64,000 nucleotides of DNA from Octopus sinensis (taxonomy: Eukaryota): NCBI RefSeq assembly GCF_006345805.1, contig NC_043005.1, positions 8,618,001-8,682,000 of the forward strand, read 5' to 3'. The position numbers and the translations under genes were made by a program. Shown here piece after piece: positions 52,800 to 64,000 of the stretch; the stretch's first letter is position 1; each line of letters starts with the position of its first letter. The notes beneath the pieces were generated by a model. The model did not search any database. It was not told the origin of the DNA and saw only the letters and a list, made by a program, of their open reading frames with translations.

Positions 52800-54045
52800 A
52801 TATATATATATATGCATATATGGATACAGGATGTAACCAACAGTAAACACCATGAAATACGAAAGCAAATGTGTTAAATATGTAAATAACGAGACAAAAG
52901 ATGACACAGAATGCCCCTTCATCAGTTGTCGGCTGTCTATCTACTCCCCATATTGATCAGTCAGTGACAATATGAGTCTTCGAAGACAGTTGCTCCCATA
53001 AATACAAAAATGAACTTACGGTTTTATGGAGGGTCAAAGTTAGAAACAAAACAGGACAGTGGTGACATACAAGGAAAGCGAACGAAAGCAAACATGGAGT
53101 ATCGTTAGACCAGAACGAGGGGAACGTTGAGAGAAGTATTTTATTTGAAAAGAGAAAAAGTAGAAGATAGAGATAAGAGACCACCAGTCCTTAGAACGTC
53201 CATGCTGGAAAGAAAGATGATCACGTGAGGAATAGGAAGATAAGTAGTAGTAGGAGCACTCCGTCGGTTGCGACGATGAAGGTCCCAGCTGATACGATCA
53301 ACGGAACAGCTTACTCGTGATATTAACGTGCAAGTGGCTGAGCACTCCACAGACACGTGTATCCTTAACGTAGTTCTCGAGGAGATTCAGTGTGACACAG
53401 AGTGTGACAAGGCTGGCCCTTTGAAATACAGGTACAAGAGAAACAGGAAGAAAGAGCGAGAGAAAGTTGTGGTGAAAGAGTACAGCAGGGATCACCACCA
53501 TCCCCTGCCGGAGCCTCGTGGAGCTTTTAGGTGTTTTCGCTCAATAAACACTCACAACACTCGGTCTGGGAATCAAAACCGCGATCCTATGACCGCGAGT
53601 CCGCTGCCCTAACCACTAGGCCATTGCGCCTCCACGGGAAGATAAACGATGGTCATGTGTAAGCAAAGAAAGAGAGGGAAAAAGAGAAAGACGGGAGAGA
53701 GTGAAACAGATCGAAAACAGTGAAAGGGAGAAAAAAGAAATTAGAGAGAATGGGGAGAAAACAGTATAGAGTAGATTTGCATCAAACTCTTACTTGGAAA
53801 TCAATGCGTGGTTTCAATTAGATAATATATTTATATTGGTATTTATGGGAGCCGTTGTCTTCGAAGACTCATATTGTCGTTGATTGTTCGAGATGGGGAG
53901 TAGACAGACAGCCGCACACTCATGAAGTTTCATTCTTTGTATTACTTGTCTTTTTTTTCTCTCCTTATTTGCGTATTTAACTCATTTGTTTTCGTATTTT
54001 ATGTCGTATACCCTTAGTGACATCCTGTTCTCATATACGGATATA
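52800..54045. mobile_element. Family F element with about 200-bp imperfect inverted arms, bounded by (TA)n
   Basis: ctactcccca..gacaatatgagtcttcgaagac..gctcccataaatac mirrored by gtatttatgggagc..gtcttcgaagactcatattgtc..tggggagtag. Confidence 0.75.
53255..53635 (-). mobile_element. SINE family A nested in the family F element
   Basis: Full homology to 23478-23847; ggaagataa TSD-like flanks. Confidence 0.9.
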
Positions 54046-54085
54046 TATATATATATATATATATAGATATATATATTATATATAT

Positions 54086-54128
<43 letters not shown>

Positions 54129-54735
54129 TCTTATGTATATACATATATATGCATATACATATATATATATATATATATCATTTGTTTATTTTAACGTATA
54201 AGGTTTTTTACAACAGTTTACATAAATTCTAACTTAAGCATAATACGCTTTTTTAAAACACTCAATATCTATATATAACATTAACTTATTTTATTTTACT
54301 TAATTGTATCCAGTTGTATTACAAATAGATAAATTTATAATAAAAAAATTATTATAAGTAAATAGTATAACCATTAACAGTTATATAAATTAATTAGAAT
54401 TTATAGAAAATCCCCGAGATATTTGAGTGAAGTAAAAGGTATAAAAAATATTTCTTTCGTTTTCTTTAAATATAAATCAAGACGTAATACACGCTGTATA
54501 TATCGGGAAGAAACGTAATACTCAATTTCTTGGTATACAAATAAATTAACTGTGAGATACGTATTTCTAAATTGTTATTTATTCTATTATAACATAGAAT
54601 ATAGATTATAGTTTAATCTTAATATATTTTATTCTAGTTATCCCTTTTTATTTTTAATTTTGTTTACCTACTCTTTGAAAAAATCTAGAATCATATACAA
54701 CTTTATTACAAACTTACTATATTTAACAGATGCTT

Positions 54736-54813
<78 letters not shown>

Positions 54814-55571
54814 ATAATATATGTATATAGGAAAACATATTCGCTTACTGTATAGAGGTCTATGTGTATAAATATTAGCTTGACGTATACATCTATTTAC
54901 GGCTAGATTATTCAAATTTTGAGTAGATACTAACATATATATATATATAAACGATTAAATTTGATTAGATATGGTCCGATGAACACCTATACATGAATAT
55001 TTACTAGTTCCTGCAAAGAAGCCAAATGAAATTATACAATTATAACGGTTTATTTATTACTTATTATTTATTGTGTCTATTTTATTACATAATTATTTCC
55101 CCTTACAAATATAACATTATTTTTATTTTGTTATTCATTTTATTCATATATTTAAAAAAAATATATGTTTATTTTATTTCATTTATATTTTTACATACTT
55201 GAATTATAACCTTTACCTATATATGCATATAATATACAAGAAATAATATTTCAAACTTTTTTAGTTGTTGATTTGAATCCTTTTGATAAATATGTACCCT
55301 TCGTTTTATTAAAACAAACAAAAAAATCCACCCCGAAGAGATCCAGCCCCATAGAGATTAAAATGATAACAAGTTCTTAACATTGGATTTAAGACAAATG
55401 CTTTAAGTTATGCACTAGAAAGGGGCTGGGGCTAGAATCGGAACATATGTAAACTTTTTGGGTTCTCTATTATTTGCATTTAAATCTTAACAACAAACTA
55501 TGATACGAATAAATTAACTTTACATCCTCAACTCTCATTTCTCTAGCCTTGTGAATTTTCCCTATATATAT

Positions 55572-55630
<59 letters not shown>

Positions 55631-55635
55631 CATTT

Positions 55636-56010
55636 ATTCTATTACTTTTTTCAGTCATTTGATTGCGGTCATGCTACAGCAGCGCCTTCATTTAGACATA
55701 TCGCCCCCAGGACTTATTCTTTGTAAGCCTAGTACTGATTGTATCGGACGTTTTTGCCGAATTGTTTGTAAACACACTAATATCGGTTGACAAGTGGTGG
55801 TAACGGGACAAACACAGACACACACCTACATCATACATACATATATACATAAATGTGTATACGACGAGCTTCTTTCAGTTTCTGTCTACCAAATCCATTC
55901 ACAAGGGTTAGGTCGGCCCGAGGCTACACTAGAAAACACATAGCCAAGGCACCTTGCAGTAGGACTGAACCCGAAACCATGAAGCTAGAAGCAACCTTCT
56001 AACCACACTC
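55636..56010 (-). mobile_element. Degenerate SINE family B
   Basis: Homologous blocks with many substitutions. Confidence 0.75.
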
Positions 56011-56376
56011 TCATAATCCAGTTGTATCGTCCATCTATTCAGTCAACGTATGTCAAATTTGTACTGAATATTTACATTTAAACCTATATGAATATACGTA
56101 TGTTAAAATTCTTTGGCGAAGATTTTATTAACTTGACCTCTGTACTTCAATAAAGTAACAGTGAAGAACAGAAAATCTATTGAGTTAAAACCTCTCCACA
56201 AAAGACTAATATAGTAAGACTATATAGTAAAGGCAAGTTTATGTATTACATTTATTTTTAACACTTAATATTTAATAGTTAGCTCTTACTCATTCATTTT
56301 AATTTTATTTTGAGAACTGATCATATTCTTTGAGTGTACTTTTAATTGTATTTAATGAACAATATAATTTGGCATT

Positions 56377-56610
56377 AGGGCGGCGAGCTGGCAGAATCGT
56401 TAAGCACGCCGTGCGAAATGCTAAGCGGTAATTTGTCTGTCGTTACGTTCTGAGTTCAAATTTCGCCGAGGTCGGCTTTGCCGTTCATTCTTTCGGGGTC
56501 GATTAAATAAGTACCAGTTACGCACTGGGATAGATCTAATCGACTTAATCAATTTTCTGTCTTTGTTTGTCCCCTCTATGTTTAGCCCTCCTATGAGCAA
56601 TAAATAAATA
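56377..56610 (+). mobile_element. SINE family C
   Basis: TSD aatataatttg(g/t)catt starting at 56361 and 56611. Confidence 0.88.
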
Positions 56611-56864
56611 AATATAATTTGTCATTTATTGCTTATTGTTACCCTTTGTGTGTCTTGTATGATTCCAGTTTTTCATTTCGTATACTTCATTTCGCGCATA
56701 TCTTGGAGTTCTTATTTCAAGGAATTATTGTATTTACTAATGAGTGCAGAAGTGTGTGCATGTGTATCCGCTCACGTGCAAATACACCGTTTTCTTTTTC
56801 ATGTAATGTTACATCTTACTATTCGAAGAAGACTTCAAAATTGTACTAGTAGAGATTTCTCAAA

Positions 56865-57925
56865 AAAAATTGACGAAATTTAGCATCATGATGTCATCAG
56901 ATACTTACAGAAAAATGATTTAACATCCAGTGACATTCGTTCTGGCATGGCTGCTTCATAATGTGAGGAAACTCAACAGTGCAATTGTGGGCTGCTGCAT
57001 TTAGGAGGGGAAGCGAGAGACTTGAACATGACACACGGTTTGGACGTCCTGCAACTGCCAACACCGAGGAAATCATCGATCATATTCACCACATGCAGAT
57101 GCATGACAGGCAATTGCCTCTAAATCAAATAGTATTATTAGTATACCCCGTGAGAGTTGAGAATATTCTGCGTTCCATGACGAAGTGGGTGGCATGTCTT
57201 TTGACACCTGATCAAAGTCGCAAAATTTAATATTGTTTGAGGCAGATCCAGGTGATTTCTTCGCCATCACTAGTGATCACTTCAGACATCATGATGTTGT
57301 CTGGATGGTTTATTTTTATCACTCTCAGTACATGTCGTCATATTGCACTGTCCTCAGAAAGGCATCCAAACACTCTAAAATGTTTGAATTGGAGCTTCCG
57401 GAATGAATGCCAAGCAGAACAGCATGTTGTTTCCATATTTCTGGCTAAGTGAATTGTGTCATGATACTGTTTATCTCACAGACGGGCCCCAAACCCTAAC
57501 CGGGGTGAGAACTAGTTTCAGAGACAAAGAGGGACAATCCGTGCAGTGGAAACACCCTTCCGCACCGGCTACAAATAAAGCCAAGATCATTTCGTCTACA
57601 GTGAATGTAATAGCTTCATATTTTGGGGATGCACAAGGCAGTGTGCTTATTGATTATTTAAAAGATACCCTACTATAAATGATGAGTAGTATGTAAACTT
57701 GCTGAGGCAGTTACGAAAGGCTATCAAGACTAAAGGCCCAGGACAAATGACGAAAGGGGTCTTGTTTCAACAGGATAATACTGCAGCACACATTCCCTTG
57801 GATTCAATGACTAATGTTCGTGACTGTAGCTTTGATCGATCATCTTTCCTATTCTCCTGATTGCGTCTCATATGACTATCATCTGTTTTCCAACATGAAA
57901 ATGCACTTGGCTAGGAAGCAGTTCT
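56865..57925 (+). mobile_element. Degenerate mariner transposase with an insertion near 57270-57480
   Basis: WAAAFRRGSERLEHDTRFGRPATA, KWVACLLTPDQ, QSVQWKHPSAP, VIASYFGDAQGSVLIDYL, LFQQDNTAAH, YSPD..SYDYHLFSNMK. Confidence 0.85.
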
Positions 57926-58144
57926 TTCCCAATAAACAATATCTATAAATATATATATATCAAAAATATGCTATGCTGTTTTCATGCTGTTTTCCTAACC
58001 ATATAAACGGGTATGTGTTTGTGATATATGTCATACATATACTGATAGGTGTGAGTAGGTTTGTGCAAGAGTGTGTTTGTGAAATACATGAGTTTATGTC
58101 ATGTATATCTTTGCGTTGTATGTATGTATGTATGTGTGTGTGTG

Positions 58145-58199
<55 letters not shown>

Positions 58200-58572
58200 G
58201 GATGTATGTGATGCATGTGTGTCTGACGTATATGATGAATATGATGTATGAGTGACATATGCATGTACGCTTCCGTTCGTTTCAAAACCATACAGATCCA
58301 CGAAGTTCTTTATATTATTTATTCTACAATGGATTTTCTGACAGTAGTTTACCAGTTATAAATTTACCGGCAGCACTTCCATACCATTGTTGAGAGCATG
58401 GAAGATATTTTTAGAATTCAGAGTTTGTCGTACATATCAGCTAATCAACATGCTTTAGACATTCCTCACAAACCTCTTTAATATTTCCATTTTATTTCAT
58501 CAATGATATGTCTGAATATTAAATATATTTGTTCTTTTGCGCGTTTTATGATAATTACATTTAGTGATATCA

Positions 58573-58634
58573 TGCACTCCACGACACTAATCATATGACG
58601 GTGATGATGATGATGATGATGATGATGATGGTGG

Positions 58635-58669
<35 letters not shown>

Positions 58670-58673
58670 GTGG

Positions 58674-58726
<53 letters not shown>

Positions 58727-58805
58727 GTGGTGGTGATGATGATGATGATGATGATCATGATGGTGATGATGATCATGATCATGATCATGATGATGATGGT
58801 GGTGG

Positions 58806-58837
<32 letters not shown>

Positions 58838-58850
58838 ATGATGATGATAG
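58573..58850. repeat. (GAT)n microsatellite with GGT/CAT interruptions
   Basis: Seen directly. Confidence 0.95.
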
Positions 58851-60227
58851 GCGTAGTAGTACTAATATTAGCTGTTGCAATAATGATTAAAATGATCACG
58901 ATGACGAAGATGATCAACCAATCGATAGTTTTCGCGCAATATAAAAGCTTCTATGAGTGGTTGTTATAATTCTTTATCGGAAAAAATTATTTTCGATTTA
59001 GCACAAGAGGGAAAAATATCATTAGTTCGAAAAAATATGAGCAGAAGATAGAAAACACGCAATGTGCACCTTAGTCAATATAGTCTCATAAATAACATAA
59101 ATAAGATGGACAGAAGAAAGCACAACGTGAATAAAGAAAAACAGACATGTAAAAATATTCAAGCAAAAATAAATTTCTCTTATATCTTTATATTAACACG
59201 TACAGATAGTATCACAATATCAACAGATGGACGTATCACACAAACACATACGTTACACATGCATTTGTTGCACGCATATATATACATCCTGCAAACTCAA
59301 ATATTTTTTTGCTCTTATTTCTGAAACTATCAACGGCGATGGTGGATAATTCATTTAATATTCTTAGTATTTAACTAACAATTCAGTTAATATTCTTAGC
59401 GTATTATTATCACCGTCTCTTGAACATCTTCTTTATAGATGATGACGTTGTTATTGATCAATTCTATAACTGTATGTTTTCATATAACAACGTTTTTAAC
59501 AATCATATCCGTCATACCACACGGAAGCCTTGGAAGTCACTTTAAAAAGTTTTTTATGTCTTCTTTCCATCATGGTGCAGTCTCTTGTAACATTCTTTCA
59601 TCGTGTAAAATATTTCGATTATGACTTCAATATTTGTTCAATATTTAAAGTATTATACATGCAAAGAAAAATGACTGGGTTTGGAATGACAGAATGGAAA
59701 TGGTGTAAGGTGGAAAGCTCTCACACCAGAAGATATTGTTTTGGTAGAAATGATAGACAGAACTGTGGTCTCAAAGGGTCAGATATTTTAGTGTATCTAT
59801 GGATAAATGTAAATCGTATGGCAGTTTTTTTCTTTGGAGCGAAGTAACGGTAAGATTTTACGGCAGTTGCACTGTTTCAAATGTGGAAGCAAAATTCCAT
59901 TGTCGGCCCCACCTGAGCATTGTGGGATGCCAATAATTCTCGTGGGCTGAAGTATCTTTTGGCTCACCGAAGAGATTTCCAAGTAGTGCGATACAGACCT
60001 AGCCATATTAAGGATGTGAATTCGTTACGAATGATCTTTGGTCATATTGCGGTCCAGCGCAATAGAATTTACGTTTTTATGCTTTTGGAGTAGAATTTAC
60101 GTTTTTATGCTTTTGGAAGTGATAACGTTAACATATTCTTTTCTAATCTAGGCACAAGGCTCGAAATTTTGGAGGCTTTTTCCAATAATAACCTCTACTA
60201 TTGCCAAAAGATTCTGTTTTATCTGAT

Positions 60228-60623
60228 ACTAGCAGTATCGCCCGGCGTTGCTCGGGTTTGTAAGGGAAATAACTATATAAGCATTTTTAGAGATGTAAAG
60301 TATAATAGCCATCTCAATATGGCTAACCACAAAGGGGGGTGTTACTGTAGCTATTTACGTTCTGAGATTTAATAATAAATTTTTAGAGACTTACTTCCCT
60401 TATATACGCCAAAAAATGCATTAAAATGGGGAAAATTGATGGTTGTTTTTTTTTAAATCGTAGACTCATCGTAGACGCGCGCTAATACCCAGAAGGGCTC
60501 GATATGAATCACGACTATAAGATACCCGGTTTTGGTTAAACTGCACCGCAAAATGTGGGAGTAGTTAGGAATCTAAATCGTAGGAGACAGACAGCACACA
60601 ACCTCTCTTTTATATATAAAGAT
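60228..60623 (+). mobile_element. Helitron-like family D, full length
   Basis: Near-identical reverse complement of 1881-2278. Confidence 0.72.
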
Positions 60624-63600
60624 ATGCACGCACTCTGATACACATATGCACATGCGCGCACACACACACATCCACACACACTCGCTTGTATATGATGTAG
60701 TATAATACAGATGTATATACATATGCGCATATATTTTCTACTTTCATGTGATAAATATAACAGCGATAACAATATTAACGATAACAATAAGAGCTGCAGT
60801 AACAGCAGCAGCAACAACAAAACCAACAACAATAATAATAATGCAGACGACCAGTTAGCACATACGCCTGACATTTGCATTTCAAACATCTTCATTTAAA
60901 AAGAAAAATTAAAAAGTCTGTTAATAATTGATACTATATTAAGGAATGACTAGAAAACTTCACTGAATCCAGCTGAAAAAGTAGGGACTGTCAACGACAA
61001 GCTATCCATCATAAAGGCTTTGAATAACAAATATTCTTTTATAAAACTCGATCTTAAATACCAGCGTAAATAAAGGGACGCTCAAAGTAATGTAGGATAG
61101 GGAACTTGACGTCTCAATATATGAACATTTTCTGATATAGGTAAGATGAATTCTATGATTATGTATCTTTCCTCTTAACAACTGAATATACCTTGGAAAA
61201 GAGAAACCAACTGTAAAGACTCTATGCGATTACTTGACCTGCTAATGAAAGCATTCAAATCTCGTCAAATGTAAAAGAAATGCTTTAAAAGGGGAAGGAT
61301 AGCCTAGATGATGTTTTTGCTAGATGTACACTGCCTGAAGGGCAAAAGCAGGATAATCATGTCAGAACTACTTTAGCTCATAAGTTTCCTTTAATAATGA
61401 TAATAGAAACGTCGACAACCACAGCGACAACAACAATAATAAACAGCAATGATCTGAGGATCTCTAATGTATATCAGAGGTTGCATTACAATGTGAAATA
61501 TAGCTTTTTTAATTGAATTATGTATATATTACTTAACGTAAATATGCTCTGTGAAGGCAACAATATTGTGGTAGTCGAGTTGAGGAAGAATCTTGTATAG
61601 GCGTATAGTGCAAAAAAAGTACAGGCGTATTAGTAACAGACGGAAAGTGTCCAGGAGCGATGGAATTGCTAGATCCGGGATTTCTGAATACTTGTGAGTC
61701 ATGAGTAGTAAGTATCTACTATCAACCGGATGCTTAGGCGAATTTCACTTCTACTGATTTAGAAAATTGGTGATTAACAGATCATTGATGTCGCAAATAG
61801 CTGGCAGGGCAGCCACCAATTCGTTATTAGCGACATTACCAGACGAAAAGTGTTCAAAAGTAACGAAGAAATTACTATATCCGGTATTTGGTATTTCTAC
61901 GTAATTGCGCGTCATCAACTGCATGCTTAGATAGATTTCTGTTGGCTCAAATATTGTGCGAATCATTTGTAGAAAATTTACCTGTAATATGGTTTGGATT
62001 GATCTCTATTCATTTGTTTGTTCAACCATAAACTTACTCGTTAGTTTATGGTCTAACGAGTAAGTCGTTGAACATACTAAGACATGTTTTCAATTATTGT
62101 AACTCTCATCCAAAATTAGCATTACAATTTCACTTACAAGGTAAGCGTCGACTCAAGGATATAGCAAATTACAATTGTCAAAAATGCCACGCAGCGGGAC
62201 AGAACCCAAGACGTCATGATTGCGAAGCAAGCTTCTTAACCATTCTGCCATACTACTACATATAAGGTGTGTAACAAGTAACGGACAAGCAACGTACCTG
62301 CTACCAGAATGCTAAAAGCACTAAATATTCACCTTAGACAATAGGTTAGCAAAGTACGATGTTAGTATTGATTCTTTCAATGTATTATCTTTAACTGTTC
62401 GGAGCAATTTCTATATATGTATAGTGAGATAATATCAGGTTAGCAGAGGCTATGATAGAGTATTTTAAAGAACGAAATTACTTGGTCATTAAAAAAGAAG
62501 CGAAGAAGCGAAGTCTTTTAGAATTTAACTTGCCACAGACAATTACCACACTCCCGTCAGTTTTTATTGTTAGTATTGTTCATGTCAATGTTTTATAATT
62601 GTAGGCAAAGACATCGAGAGGCAGAACTTCAGCTGAGTAATGTTGAGAAAATCCATAGCCTTCAACTTTCTTAACCTAGTTAACCAACTAGTTGCAATTC
62701 ATCAAAATTTCTCATAACACATTAGCAAATGCGCCAGGATTAAGAATTTCATTAGTTCTTGAGTTACTAAGCATTTTGTTTATCAAGTTAACCTTGATAT
62801 CGGAATAATTTATTAACATATTTGATTTGGAAGAGGAATTTACATCGGAAGACGTATTTAGATGTTGTTTAAATAACTTATTTTGCAAGTTGTTATTCTA
62901 GAACTGTACCGAAAGTGATGTGAAATTTGACATGGATTTTAACTGATATAGGTCGTTCGTATCTCCTTTATTAGGCAAGTGTTTCTTTTCCAGACAAATG
63001 CGCAACTCAACATAATCTCCATTACAGACGAAGCATTTTGCGCCATCATTGAACTGACTCTGAAAATATCCCTCAAAACATTTCAGGTATGTACAGTTAC
63101 ACCCACTTTTCACAGACCCTTCTATCTCTGTTAATAAGTGGCTGACATGAAAGAATCTTCTTCTTTGGACCGAGCAGGTGGAAACGGCAGTTTTTAGACC
63201 CAAGCTCTACAGCGAATAGGGGCGCACTGACCAAACCAATTTGCCGATTGATTCTTGTCAAAGTGGAGTATAACATGCGTTTCCAAATGTCTGAGAAGTA
63301 CCTAATGGATTTCCTAAATGTGCCAGGGTTGATTCGAAGAAATCCCAATAGGCCATCCAGACAGAGTACTCGTTATATTATCTATCAAATATAAATTAGG
63401 GAGTCAGCAATTTAAACTAGTCACAGAAATGAGATATTTGTGATTTGTACAGTCGATTTAGATGGGATTTATAGACCAAAACCCTGACATGCAAAGACTA
63501 GAGAGGCCGGATTACCGAGTTAGTAAAGTGGCAATAGTTAGCAAAAACAAAACAGTCTATAGCAGGTGGTAGGACGCCCCGAAGAAGGCGAATATTTATG

Positions 63601-63709
63601 CATCGGTTGCGTGTAGTAAATAACCTGTGATGCATCAGAGGCGCAAGGATTTAATAAACTCTAATACACAGTAAGAGATGGCATTGCAACCAATGCACTA
63701 CTGGCAAGA

Positions 63710-63832
63710 ATGGCTTTGTTCGGCCCGTGGCTATAGTAGGAAACACTTGCCCAAGGTGCCACGCAGTGGGACTGAACCCAGAAACATGAGGCTGGTAGGC
63801 AAGCTACTTACCACAAGGCCACTCCTGCGCCT
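63710..63832 (-). mobile_element. SINE family B head portion
   Basis: gacacttgcccaaggtgccacgcagtgggactgaaccc-type block. Confidence 0.8.
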
Positions 63833-63839
63833 CTCTGTC

Positions 63840-63894
<55 letters not shown>

Positions 63895-64000
63895 GTGCAC
63901 ATATACATATATGTATTAATTTATTTTTATGCTTTATATATTAGAGCATGTATTTACGTACATATACATACGTACACGCACAGACACGTGCACACTCATA

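Noticed and set aside
52919-52925. CTGATGA on the minus strand in family F
   Set aside because: No downstream helix II-GAAA half; a type II/III permutation fails because helix I cannot form
58591-58969. Poly-Ile and poly-Met ORFs
   Set aside because: (GAT)n microsatellite

Overview
AT-rich eukaryotic DNA made almost entirely of repeats; the SINE families and the (TA)n/(CA)n/(TATG)n load suggest an octopus-type cephalopod genome (inference). No intact host protein-coding gene is recognisable, and nearly all ORFs in the supplied track are microsatellite artefacts. Recognisable elements: about 20 copies of at least four tRNA-derived SINE families, four Lep1-like non-autonomous Helitrons, three mariner relics, Dong/R4 and CR1/L2-type LINE relics, and a 5'-truncated Penelope-like (Neptune-type GIY-YIG) element with an open ORF. 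The main result is seven minimal type-I hammerhead-ribozyme folds (helix I - 7-nt core - helix II - GAAA - short palindrome - UH - helix I) in several unrelated small elements. They include canonical CUGAUGA (36721), two cores with compensatory swaps of the 3:8 tertiary pair (U3:A8 at 31597; G3:C8 twice in a 278-bp palindrome at 14686-14963), and U4C, A6U and A6C variants. One lies downstream of a tRNA-like Pol III head and one in a 356-bp 1.3-mer repeat. Together they suggest a set of ribozyme-bearing non-autonomous elements mobilised by Penelope. The folds were read by eye; cleavage activity is untested. A few possible host micro-exons are reported only as low-confidence findings.
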